A DNA stretch of 9,649 bases from a virus (IMGVR_UViG_2660238600_000001:1-9649); one strand, 5' to 3'; shown: positions 1 to 7,062, counted from the first letter of the stretch. The notes: generated by a model from the letters alone, not told the origin. Program-made: numbers and translations.

Positions 1-231
1 ATCATTTGCGGGTGCATGGCCCGTCTGAAAAAGAACAACAGCGATTTGCATGATTTATTAGTAGATTATTATATAGTCGGTATGACATTCATGTCACTGG
101 CAGGTAAGCATTGCTGCTCTGATGGTTATATCGGGAAAAGGTTACAAAAGGCTGAGGGCATAATTGAAGGGATGTTAATGGCATTAGATATCCGGTTAGA
201 GATAGATATCGTTGTTAATAACTCTAATTAA
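1..231 (+). CDS. 3' portion of a Q-like late-gene antiterminator (5' end lies outside the window)
   Basis: Frame 1 is open from base 1 ([20 protein letters not shown]...HCCSDGY...) to TAA at 229-231. Cys/His-rich as expected for zinc-binding Q proteins; lies directly upstream of the porin and lysis cassette as in DLP12-type prophages. Identity rests on recollection and synteny only. Confidence 0.45.
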   Translation: MICGCMARLKKNNSDLHDLLVDYYIVGMTFMSLAGKHCCSDGYIGKRLQKAEGIIEGMLMALDIRLEIDIVVNNSN

Positions 232-264
232 TACGCCAATTATTTACTAAAAGTTATTAAAAAT

Positions 265-288
265 GGGGCGTTGAAGCGCCCCCAAAAA
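265..288 (-). terminator. Intrinsic terminator read on the minus strand, downstream of the porin gene
   Basis: Stem GGGGCG (265-270) / CGCCCC (277-282) with 6-nt loop; on the minus strand the hairpin is followed by ATTTTT. No T-run on the plus strand. Confidence 0.4.
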
Positions 289-322
289 TAAAGGGTAATA
301 TATAACAGAAGGTTTGTATAGT

Positions 323-409
323 TAGAAGCAAGGTTGTGCTTCTAAAGGAAGTGGCTTGAGGGAGCCACTTATATGTTGGGGAGGCAAAGCCTCCCACAAC
401 ATATCTTTT
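323..409. other. Three consecutive perfect stem-loops between the Q-like ORF and the porin 3' end; the last may act as a plus-strand terminator
   Basis: Hairpins at 323-344 (8-bp stem), 349-370 (8-bp stem) and 371-404 (about 14-bp stem with one bulge), the last followed by CTTTTA at 405-410. Confidence 0.35.
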
Positions 410-419
410 AGTAATCAAA

Positions 420-1502
420 TTAGAACTGGTAAACCATACCTACAGCAACGATATCATCGGTAGCAACGCCAGATGCTTTCGTGAAATCGCTCTTATCAAT
501 CAGGTTGATTTTGTAGTCAACAAAAGTGGACATATTTTTGTTGAAGTAATAGGTTGCACCTACATCAACATATTCAACCAGGTCCTGATCACCCCAAACA
601 CCCAAGTCTTTTCCTTTAGAATGCAGGTAAGCAACGGATGGACGCAGGCCGAAGTCGAACTGATATTGTGCAACAGCTTCGAAGTTTTGTGCTTTGTTGG
701 CAATATGGTTATTACCAAAAACAGTCATGTTCTGGGTTTCAGAATAGGTGGTGGCCAGATAGATGTTGTTCGCATCATATTTCAGACCAGCTGCCCATAC
801 TTCAGCATTTTGACCAGAAGCATTCAGACCGTTGTTACCGAGGATAACCTGATTATTAGTGCGATCAGATTTAGCATAGGTTGCACCCACGCCGAATCCT
901 TCATACTCATAAGTAGTTGAGAAACCGAAACCATCGCCATTAGCTTCAGTTACTTCATTTCGGTCATTTTTGCCCTGATACTGAGCTGCAAAGTTCAGGC
1001 CATCAACCAGACCAAAGAAGTCGTTGTTACGATAAGTTGCAACACCTGTGGTGCGACCAGTCATGAATACATCTGTTTGGGTCCAGGTATCGCCACCGAA
1101 TTCTGGCAGAACGTCGGTCCATGCACCAATATCGTATGCTACACCGTAGTTACGGCCATAATCGATGGAGCCGTAGTCACCGAATTTCAGGCCAGCGAAG
1201 GCAAGACGGGTTTTATCTTTGGAGGAACCTTGAGATTCAGCGCGGTTGCCTTTGAATTCATATTCCCACTGACCGAAACCAGTCAGTTGATCGTTGATTT
1301 GGGTTTCACCTTTGAAGCCAAGACGGGCATAAGTAGTATCACCATCATCTGCATCATTAGAGGAGAAGTAGTGCTTAGCATTAACTTTCCCGTACAGATC
1401 CAGCTTGTTACTGTCTTTATTATAAATTTCAGCTGCCTGAGCAGACATCGCCATCAGTACTGATGCAGCTACAGCAGAAATTGCCACTGTTAATTTTTTC
1501 AT
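420..1502 (-). CDS. nmpC: Outer-membrane general porin, NmpC/OmpD/Lc subfamily of the OmpC/OmpF/PhoE family (prophage-borne)
   Basis: 360-aa minus-strand ORF from ATG at 1502-1500 to TAA at 422-420. Signal peptide [23 protein letters not shown], then [16 protein letters not shown], internal PEFGGD loop motif, and C-terminal ...VAVGMVYQF ending in Phe. The track's longer ORF adds 17 upstream codons with no signal-peptide logic. Confidence 0.9.
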   Translation of the reverse strand: MKKLTVAISAVAASVLMAMSAQAAEIYNKDSNKLDLYGKVNAKHYFSSNDADDGDTTYARLGFKGETQINDQLTGFGQWEYEFKGNRAESQGSSKDKTRLAFAGLKFGDYGSIDYGRNYGVAYDIGAWTDVLPEFGGDTWTQTDVFMTGRTTGVATYRNNDFFGLVDGLNFAAQYQGKNDRNEVTEANGDGFGFSTTYEYEGFGVGATYAKSDRTNNQVILGNNGLNASGQNAEVWAAGLKYDANNIYLATTYSETQNMTVFGNNHIANKAQNFEAVAQYQFDFGLRPSVAYLHSKGKDLGVWGDQDLVEYVDVGATYYFNKNMSTFVDYKINLIDKSDFTKASGVATDDIVAVGMVYQF

Positions 1503-1900
1503 CGTGAGACCTTTTTTTGAACATTTATTAAAAAATGATGCCCTGCGCGACAAATATTCATCTAATCAATGTGATTAATTCAAGATGTAAGTTTTAGATT
1601 CTTATTTAAATTGTGATCTAGATCTCTATTTTTATCTGAACTTTTTCTAATGCATGCTGTGCATGACTATTCTCTGAAAGAAAATAAATTTGGTAGCTAA
1701 ATTATATTAAAGGTTGTTATTTATAAGTGTTCTATAATTCATCTCTTTAATTTAAATTCACTGAAAATAACGTCGGAAATTATTTAATGATTATTTGTTT
1801 ATTTTTCCTTATGTGATTGTGGTGGTGTTTTGAACACTCGATATCATTCTCACAAATATTGTTTAGAGGTTTACGTACGTAAAAAATTGGTTATGCTGTT
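1503..1900 (-). promoter_or_regulatory. AT-rich upstream regulatory region of the porin gene (promoter not pinned down)
   Basis: About 400 bp of markedly AT-rich DNA with A/T tracts immediately 5' of the porin start. No unambiguous -35/-10 pair could be assigned by eye. Confidence 0.3.
1870..1897 (+). promoter_or_regulatory. Candidate sigma70 promoter; possible late-promoter (pR'-like) equivalent
   Basis: TTTACG (1870-1875), 16-bp spacer, TATGCT (1892-1897), about 30 bp upstream of a strong intrinsic terminator. Functional assignment is inference. Confidence 0.25.
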
Positions 1901-1927
1901 AAGAGTGGTTACTTCGCCACACAGCTT

Positions 1928-1953
1928 AAACCCGCCGTCGAGCGGGTTTTTTT
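1928..1953 (+). terminator. Rho-independent terminator (tR'-like position)
   Basis: AAACCCGC (1928-1935) / GCGGGTTT (1943-1950) stem with 7-nt loop, followed by a run of seven T (1947-1953). Confidence 0.6.
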
Positions 1954-2076
1954 GTACCTGTAAACCTGGTGCAGTACGGTAAACACGCTGGTGGTCGTGA
2001 ATACTGACTTTTTATCTTGCTGGCTTTTTAGACAAGAGTTATTGGTATGTCATGTTAACCATGAAGGTAAAAAGAC

Positions 2077-2271
2077 ATGCTAAAACAGCTAGATATGACA
2101 GAAACGGCGAAAGTTGTTTTTAATGAATTAAACGGCAAACCGGCAACAGTCGGGGAGATTGCACAAAACACATACCTTTCACGCGAACGCTGTCAGTTAA
2201 TACTGACCCAGCTGGTTATGGCGGGGCTGGCAGATTACCAGTTCGGCTGTTACAGACGCCTTCAGCAATGA
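2077..2271 (+). CDS. Small hypothetical protein (64 aa) with helix-turn-helix-like core
   Basis: ATG at 2077 with AAGG 9 nt upstream; segment ATVGEIAQNTYLSRERCQLILTQLVMAGL looks like a (winged) HTH. No family recognised. Confidence 0.5.
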   Translation: MLKQLDMTETAKVVFNELNGKPATVGEIAQNTYLSRERCQLILTQLVMAGLADYQFGCYRRLQQ

Positions 2272-2420
2272 AGGGCTTTTAATTTGTGAAAATGGGCGGC
2301 TGGTGGGTGTTGGTAGCACCTGCCAGCCATTCGCTCATGCTTACTGGTCACAAGCGAACCACGGCCCACTGCTTTAGCGCAAAAGCAGAGTGAGCCTACC
2401 AGAGTTACGCTTACTGATCC

Positions 2421-3473
2421 ATGAAAAATACTGTGAAAATAAACAGTACTGATTTAATCAACGCTGATTGCCTGCATTTTATTCAGTCCCTGCCTGATGA
2501 TTCCATTGACCTGATTGTTACCGATCCGCCGTACTTCAAGGTGAAACCCAACGGTTGGGACAATCAGTGGAAAGGGGACGAAGATTACCTGAAGTGGCTG
2601 GACCACTGTCTGGCTCAGTTCTGGCGGGTGCTGAAACCTGCCGGAAGCCTTTACCTGTTCTGTGGACATCGCCTCGCATCTGATATCGAGATCATGATGC
2701 GTGAACGTTTCAACGTTCTTAACCATATTATCTGGGCGAAGCCGTCCGGACGATGGAACGGGTGTAATAAAGAAAGTCTGCGCGCATATTTTCCCGCAAC
2801 AGAACGCGTTCTGTTTGCTGAACATTACCAGGGACCATATCGCGGCAAAAGTGACGGCTATGCGGCAAAAGAAAGTCAACTCAAACAGCACATAATGGCA
2901 CCGCTGATTTCGTATTTCAGGGATGCTCGTGCCGAACTGGGTATAACGGCAAAACAGATTGCCGAAGCCACTGGTAAGAAAAATATGGTTTCCCACTGGT
3001 TTGGTGCCAGTCAGTGGCAGTTGCCGAATGAGGCTGACTACCGGAAGTTGCAGGCACTGTTTTCCCGTATAGCGGCAGAGAAATTTCAGGAACAACAACT
3101 GGAACAACCACACCACCAGCTGGTGGCATCTTATGATTCACTGAATCGCAAATATTCTGAATTGCTGGATGAGTTTAAAACTCTCCGGCGCTATTTCTCC
3201 GTATCAGTTTCCGTGCCTTATACCGATGTCTGGACGCATAAACCCGTTCAGTTCTACCCGGGTAAACATCCGTGTGAGAAGCCTGCGGATATGCTCCGGC
3301 AAATAATCAGTGCCAGTAGTCGACAAGGCGATCTGGTTGCTGATTTCTTTATGGGATCCGGTTCCACAATAAAAGCGGCAATGGCGCTGGGGCGTCGGGC
3401 GTTAGGTGTTGAACTTGAGTCAGAGCGGTTTAATCAGACGGTGAAAGAGGTAAGTGAACTGGTGGGGAAATAA
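2421..3473 (+). CDS. Orphan DNA methyltransferase, beta-class amino-methyltransferase (N6-adenine or N4-cytosine)
   Basis: 350-aa ORF. Catalytic motif IV DPPY near the N-terminus (LIVTDPPYF) and AdoMet motif I near the C-terminus (DLVADFFMGSGST), i.e. beta-class order. No restriction endonuclease gene is adjacent. Confidence 0.9.
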   Translation: MKNTVKINSTDLINADCLHFIQSLPDDSIDLIVTDPPYFKVKPNGWDNQWKGDEDYLKWLDHCLAQFWRVLKPAGSLYLFCGHRLASDIEIMMRERFNVLNHIIWAKPSGRWNGCNKESLRAYFPATERVLFAEHYQGPYRGKSDGYAAKESQLKQHIMAPLISYFRDARAELGITAKQIAEATGKKNMVSHWFGASQWQLPNEADYRKLQALFSRIAAEKFQEQQLEQPHHQLVASYDSLNRKYSELLDEFKTLRRYFSVSVSVPYTDVWTHKPVQFYPGKHPCEKPADMLRQIISASSRQGDLVADFFMGSGSTIKAAMALGRRALGVELESERFNQTVKEVSELVGK

Positions 3474-3480
3474 TTCTGGT

Positions 3481-3506
3481 GGCCACGTTGCGTGGCCTTT
3501 TTATTT
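3481..3506 (+). terminator. Rho-independent terminator after the methyltransferase gene
   Basis: GGCCACG (3481-3487) / CGTGGCC (3491-3497) stem with 3-nt loop, followed by TTTTTATTT. Confidence 0.55.
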
Positions 3507-3549
3507 CCAACACAGCACCCGCAAATATCGCGAGGTGAGAGATGACGAA

Positions 3550-3885
3550 ATGCCTCATAACCCAAATACCTGGCCGGACTGGCTGGAGTTGTTTCAGAGC
3601 TGGTGGCGTGGAGATACGCCGCTGGGCGCAGTGATTATGTCGATTGTTATGGCTGGTTTGCGCATCGCCTATTTTGGCGGTGGTGGTGGCTGGAAGCGAA
3701 AAACGCTCGAGATTTTGCTATGTGGCGCTCTGACGTTGACCTTTGCATCCGCGCTTGAGTATGTCGGATGGCCTAAATCGCTTTCTGTTGCCATTGGTGG
3801 TGGGGTGGGGCTGATCGGTGTCGATGCTATTCGTGGGGCTGCAATGAGAGTAATCGGTAACAAGTTTGGTAGCTCGAAGGAGTAA
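3550..3885 (+). CDS. Holin, lambda S-like class I (three predicted transmembrane segments)
   Basis: ATG at 3550 preceded by GAGGTGA; three hydrophobic stretches (LGAVIMSIVMAGLRIAYF, TLEILLCGALTLTFASALEYV, LSVAIGGGVGLIGVDAI) and a charged C-terminus; directly upstream of R. The track's 3454 start would put the terminator hairpin inside the coding region. Confidence 0.7.
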   Translation: MPHNPNTWPDWLELFQSWWRGDTPLGAVIMSIVMAGLRIAYFGGGGGWKRKTLEILLCGALTLTFASALEYVGWPKSLSVAIGGGVGLIGVDAIRGAAMRVIGNKFGSSKE

Positions 3886-3888
3886 TTT

Positions 3889-4365
3889 ATGCAGGTACTA
3901 AATTCCCAGCGTAAAGCTTTCCTGGATATGGTTGCATGGTCAGAAGGAACGGATAACGGGCGACAACCGACACGTAACCACGGTTATGATGTTATTGTCG
4001 GTGGTGAACTGTTTACTGATTACTCCGATCACCCTCGCAAACTTGTCACGCTAAACCCAAAACTCAAATCAACAGCAGCCGGACGTTACCAGCTTCTTTC
4101 CCGTTGGTGGGATGCCTATCGTAAGCAGCTTGGCCTGAAAGACTTCTCTCCGAAAAGCCAGGACGCTGTGGCATTGCAACAGATTAAAGAGCGTGGCGCT
4201 TTACCGATGATTGACCGCGGTGATATTCGTCAGGCAATCGACCGTTGCAGCAATATCTGGGCTTCATTGCCGGGCGCTGGTTATGGTCAGTTCGAGCATA
4301 AGGCTGACAGTCTGATTTCAAAATTCAAAGAAGCAGGCGGAACGGTCAGAGAGATTGAGGCATGA
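3889..4365 (+). CDS. R: Endolysin, lambda R-type lytic transglycosylase
   Basis: 158 aa, nearly collinear with lambda R as recalled ([22 protein letters not shown]...[24 protein letters not shown]...). The catalytic Glu of the WSEGT motif is present. Confidence 0.92.
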   Translation: MQVLNSQRKAFLDMVAWSEGTDNGRQPTRNHGYDVIVGGELFTDYSDHPRKLVTLNPKLKSTAAGRYQLLSRWWDAYRKQLGLKDFSPKSQDAVALQQIKERGALPMIDRGDIRQAIDRCSNIWASLPGAGYGQFEHKADSLISKFKEAGGTVREIEA

Positions 4366-4820
4366 GCAGAGTCACCGCGATTATCTCCGCTCTGGTTATC
4401 TGCATCATCGTCTGCCTGTTATGGGCTGTTAATCATTACCGTGATAACGCAATCGCCTACAAAGAGCAGCGCGATAACAAGGCCAGTGAACTGGAGAAGG
4501 CGAACGCCACCATCGCTGACATGCGGAAGCGTCAACGTGATGTAGCAGAACTCGACGCAAGATACACAAAGGAGCTTGCTGATGCTAACGCGACTATCGA
4601 AAGTCTCCGTGCTGATGTTTCTGCTGGGCGTAAGCGCCTGCAAGTCGCCGCCACCTGTGCAAAGTCAACGACCGGAGCCAGCGGCATGGGCGATGGAGAA
4701 AGCCCAGGACTTACAGCAGATGCTGAACTCAATTATTACCGTCTCCGAAGTGGAATCGACAAGATAACCGCGCAGGTTAACTACCTGCAGGAATACATCA
4801 GGACGCAATGCCTGAAATAA
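4362..4820 (+). CDS. Rz: Rz inner-membrane spanin (i-spanin)
   Basis: ATGA start/stop overlap with R; N-terminal transmembrane segment [23 protein letters not shown] followed by a charged coiled-coil region; closely lambda Rz-like. Confidence 0.9.
   Translation: MSRVTAIISALVICIIVCLLWAVNHYRDNAIAYKEQRDNKASELEKANATIADMRKRQRDVAELDARYTKELADANATIESLRADVSAGRKRLQVAATCAKSTTGASGMGDGESPGLTADAELNYYRLRSGIDKITAQVNYLQEYIRTQCLK
4582..4767 (+). CDS. Rz1: Rz1 outer-membrane lipoprotein spanin (o-spanin), embedded in the +1 frame of Rz
   Basis: ATG at 4582 with AGGAG 8 nt upstream; lipoprotein signal with lipobox (LLGVSAC), then a proline-rich segment ([15 protein letters not shown]). The track's TTG start at 4576 is less likely. 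Confidence 0.8.
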   Translation: MLTRLSKVSVLMFLLGVSACKSPPPVQSQRPEPAAWAMEKAQDLQQMLNSIITVSEVESTR

Positions 4821-4851
4821 TTTTTTTGCAAATCACAAAGTCCATTTAATG

Positions 4852-4877
4852 AGCCTCGCGATGCGGGGCTTTTTTTA
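4852..4877 (+). terminator. Rho-independent terminator after the lysis cassette
   Basis: AGCCTCGC (4852-4859) / GCGGGGCT (4863-4870) stem with one G-U pair, followed by TTTTTTT (4870-4876). Confidence 0.6.
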
Positions 4878-5025
4878 CATCTGAATTTCACAGCGCATCT
4901 CACGCGCATATTACATCACCCGAGCCTTTCAGAAAGTTGAGCCTGAGAACTGCCGTATATGGTGGCGACCATCTCGGGGCGGCTTTTCTGTGAGACAGGC
5001 TCACTTTCTAAAAGGTAAAGACGCT

Positions 5026-5514
5026 ATGAACCAATTAGAAGAAAAGCTTCAAAGAATGATTTCCTTATACAAGGAAGATAACTGCCAAAAAGTTCCTGAA
5101 AACATCGCAGAGTTAATGGAATTGGCAAGTGAATTTTCTGGCATGCTTAAGTCGTCAGGTGTTCGGTCAGCGTTCTTTGTTGAAATGCTGATGCACGGCG
5201 GACTTATGGCAACAATGAGACGTGTAATGGAAGACCAGAGAAAAGAACCTCCTCAGGTATACGTTTTGTCATCGAAGAAAACTGGGCTAACCAAAATTGG
5301 GTATTCATCCAACATTCCACAACGCATCAAATCGCTTGGCAACTCTGGACCAGACTGCTTGAAGCTTGAGTGCCTGATCCCTGGTGGAAGAGAAACTGAA
5401 AACATGCTTCATCGCAAATTTGCCGCAAAGAGAAAGCACGGTGAATGGTTCGCCCTGTCCAAGGATGACATTGAGGGATTGAAATCTGTAGCGATTACTT
5501 CTGATGGCTATTAA
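5026..5514 (+). CDS. T5orf172 (GIY-YIG superfamily-like) domain protein with an unassigned helical N-terminal region; moron at the lambda bor position
   Basis: ATG at 5026 with AAAGG upstream, 162 aa. C-terminal half carries the T5orf172-type pattern: VYVLSS...GLTKIGYS...RIKSL...LKLECLIPGGRETENMLHRKFAAKRKHGEWFAL. The N-terminal 90 aa matches nothing I recognise. Confidence 0.7.
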   Translation: MNQLEEKLQRMISLYKEDNCQKVPENIAELMELASEFSGMLKSSGVRSAFFVEMLMHGGLMATMRRVMEDQRKEPPQVYVLSSKKTGLTKIGYSSNIPQRIKSLGNSGPDCLKLECLIPGGRETENMLHRKFAAKRKHGEWFALSKDDIEGLKSVAITSDGY

Positions 5515-5554
5515 TGCTTGTTTAGAGCAATTTTCATAACAACTCTTCATTACA

Positions 5555-5583
5555 AAGCCCATCTACTGGTGGGCTTGATAATG
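5555..5583. repeat. Hairpin-GATAATG element, copy 1
   Basis: AAGCCCA (5555-5561) / TGGGCTT (5570-5576) stem with 8-nt loop, immediately followed by GATAATG (5577-5583). Confidence 0.4.
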
Positions 5584-5828
5584 AAACCGTGATTTACATC
5601 CCCACAATCCGGGTATGTAAAAGATAGTTCAGGCGAGAACGGATTTAACTAAATCTGTGCGCCACCAGTTAACGGCAGTACCACGAAACAACCCAAGCCA
5701 GTAAGTGGGGAAATAACACCGGCAGCCACTGAAAGATGAACCTCCTGCCTTATGGCAAAAAAGATTCTTTGTGGTGGCGGACTGATGGAAAGACATCCTA
5801 ATTTCAGCCAAACATTGAAGGAGTTGTT

Positions 5829-5900
5829 ATGTCAGCAGAAGGTTTCAATAACCCATCAAAATTCCGGGATGAGTGGGATAGCAGCGTAAAGAGTAAGTGA
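5829..5900 (+). CDS. Very short ORF (23 aa) with strong ribosome-binding site; coding status uncertain
   Basis: GAAGGAG (5817-5823), 5-nt spacer, ATG 5829: MSAEGFNNPSKFRDEWDSSVKSK. Its TGA overlaps the ATG of a 12-codon ORF (5900-5938, MPSQKPFPTEWL) as TGATG. Confidence 0.2.
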   Translation: MSAEGFNNPSKFRDEWDSSVKSK

Positions 5901-5910
5901 TGCCATCACA

Positions 5911-5943
5911 AAAGCCATTCCCTACAGAGTGGCTTTGATAATG
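5911..5943. repeat. Hairpin-GATAATG element, copy 2
   Basis: AAAGCCA (5911-5917) / TGGCTTT (5930-5936) stem with 12-nt loop, followed by GATAATG (5937-5943). Stem differs from copy 1 by compensatory changes while the 3' heptamer is conserved. Confidence 0.4.
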
Positions 5944-6192
5944 GCTTATACCCTACACGGGATAACTTAACTGATATCCCTTTTAAAGGATAAAGGTATT
6001 CAAGCCTGACACATCATGCGCTGTATCGTCGCCGTATTCCCGTATTAACAGAGACCGTAGCCCGACGGGGAACTCCTTCTGCGCGAGTGTGTGGGAATAA
6101 TCAAAAACGATGCACACCGGGGTTACCGGGTACACATATTTCATCATGCCAGCGAGTCCGGTTCTGGCACGGAAGAAACCGGACGTTATGAT

Positions 6193-6603
6193 TTAGTGCG
6201 GAAATATTTGTGTAGTGTTCTGAATGTTCTCAGTAAAGAGTAATGAATTATCAAAGGTATAGTAATACCTTTTGTTTTCGTGGATATTTGTAATCCATCT
6301 GAAAACCCCTGCAGTAGCAAGATTTTTCCTGTATTCGTAAAATGATAACTCTCCTGATTTGAATCCTTTTAAGGTGGCTTCTATAAGGCATTTATTTTTT
6401 GAAAATCTTACATTTACAACCTTACCCTGTCCTTTTATTAAAACCGTATTATCGTTTTCAAGAACAAGATGAATATTCTCTGTGGCTAAATAGTAAATGT
6501 AATGTGAGACATTGTGACGTTTTAGTTCAGAATAAAACCAGTGATAGTTTAAATTATTTCGCACTTTATCGAATATTTGTTTAAAAATGGCAACCTGAGC
6601 CAT
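6193..6603 (-). CDS. AT-rich hypothetical protein, 136 aa (YbcV / DUF1398-like by recollection)
   Basis: Start at ATG 6603 (MAQVAIFKQ...) preferred over 6618 because GGAAGG lies 8 nt upstream on the minus strand. Markedly lower GC than flanking genes; Tyr/Asn/Lys-rich. Family assignment is from memory of the equivalent DLP12/lambda right-arm ORF. Confidence 0.6.
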   Translation of the reverse strand: MAQVAIFKQIFDKVRNNLNYHWFYSELKRHNVSHYIYYLATENIHLVLENDNTVLIKGQGKVVNVRFSKNKCLIEATLKGFKSGELSFYEYRKNLATAGVFRWITNIHENKRYYYTFDNSLLFTENIQNTTQIFPH

Positions 6604-6659
6604 TGTAGTACCTTCCATGTGATATGAGGGGTGTAGTCTGCACGATTATCTAAATTGCT

Positions 6660-6893
6660 TCAATCTGGTCTGATCTGTTTTCTGAGCAATTCAGTAATGT
6701 CACTCTTTTCTTTGTTTGCTTCAGGAGAAACTCTTTTTTCTGAGCACAGTCTCCGGCGGCAGGCTTCAATGACCCAGGCTGAGAAATTCCCGGACCCTTT
6801 TTGATCAAGAGCGATGTTAATTTGTTCAATCATTTGGTTAGGAAAGCGGATGTTGCGGGTTGTTGTTCTGCGGGTTCTGTTCTTCGTTGACAT
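6660..6893 (-). CDS. Ribbon-helix-helix (Arc/MetJ/CopG-like) putative DNA-binding protein, 77 aa
   Basis: Basic N-terminus then RNIRFPNQMIEQINIALDQKGSGNFSAWVIEACRRRL, i.e. a beta-strand / helix / helix layout like Arc. ATG at 6893; weak RBS. Confidence 0.6.
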   Translation of the reverse strand: MSTKNRTRRTTTRNIRFPNQMIEQINIALDQKGSGNFSAWVIEACRRRLCSEKRVSPEANKEKSDITELLRKQIRPD

Positions 6894-7062
6894 GAGGTTG
6901 TCCCGTATTCAGTGTCGCTGATTTGTATTGTCTGAAGTTGTTTTTACGTTAAGTTGATGCAGATCAATTAATATGATACCTGCGTCATAATTGATTATTT
7001 GACGTGGTTTGATGGCGTAGATGCACGTTGTGACATGCAGATGATAATTATTATCATTTTGC

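Noticed and set aside
621-1463. Plus-strand ORFs of 69-128 aa (621-920, 638-847, 1077-1463) inside the porin gene
   Set aside because: They lie antisense within a well-supported porin CDS, lack ribosome-binding sites and give low-complexity translations; shadow ORFs.
2272-2420. Possible tRNA gene between the 64-aa ORF and the methyltransferase, where lambdoid phages often carry tRNAs
   Set aside because: No cloverleaf could be folded: no acceptor-stem pairing with flanking T-loop GTTC-type or D-loop features; only an ordinary inverted repeat is present.
2454-3141. Minus-strand ORFs of 220 and 74 aa and a plus-strand 64-aa ORF inside the methyltransferase gene
   Set aside because: They overlap a CDS with clear catalytic motifs and have no signals or recognisable protein features.
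3454-3549. Upstream extension of the holin ORF to the track's 3454 start
   Set aside because: It would overlap the methyltransferase stop and contain the 3481-3506 terminator hairpin; ATG 3550 has a proper GAGGTGA ribosome-binding site.
3669-4732. Minus-strand ORFs (3669-3863, 4419-4643, 4532-4732) antisense to holin and Rz
   Set aside because: Antisense to strongly supported lysis genes with Pro/Ala/Ser-rich nonsense translations. The plus-strand 4576-4767 ORF was kept, as Rz1.
4951-4979. cosN-like words (GGCGACC, GGGGCGGC) upstream of the T5orf172 gene
   Set aside because: The order and spacing do not reproduce GGGCGGCGACCT and no cosB/cosQ context is present; judged chance similarity in GC-rich sequence.
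5552-5578. Possible peptide ending ...KPIYWWA in hairpin copy 1, by analogy with the 12-codon ORF in copy 2
   Set aside because: No in-frame start codon exists upstream before a stop, so the similarity is at DNA/RNA structure level, not coding.
5305-5811. Minus-strand ORFs of 85 aa (5305-5562) and 60 aa (5629-5811)
   Set aside because: The first is antisense to the T5orf172 CDS; the second starts with TTG, has no ribosome-binding site and an implausible composition.
6399-6584. Plus-strand 61-aa ORF inside the AT-rich leftward gene
   Set aside because: Antisense shadow ORF in AT-rich DNA with no ribosome-binding site.
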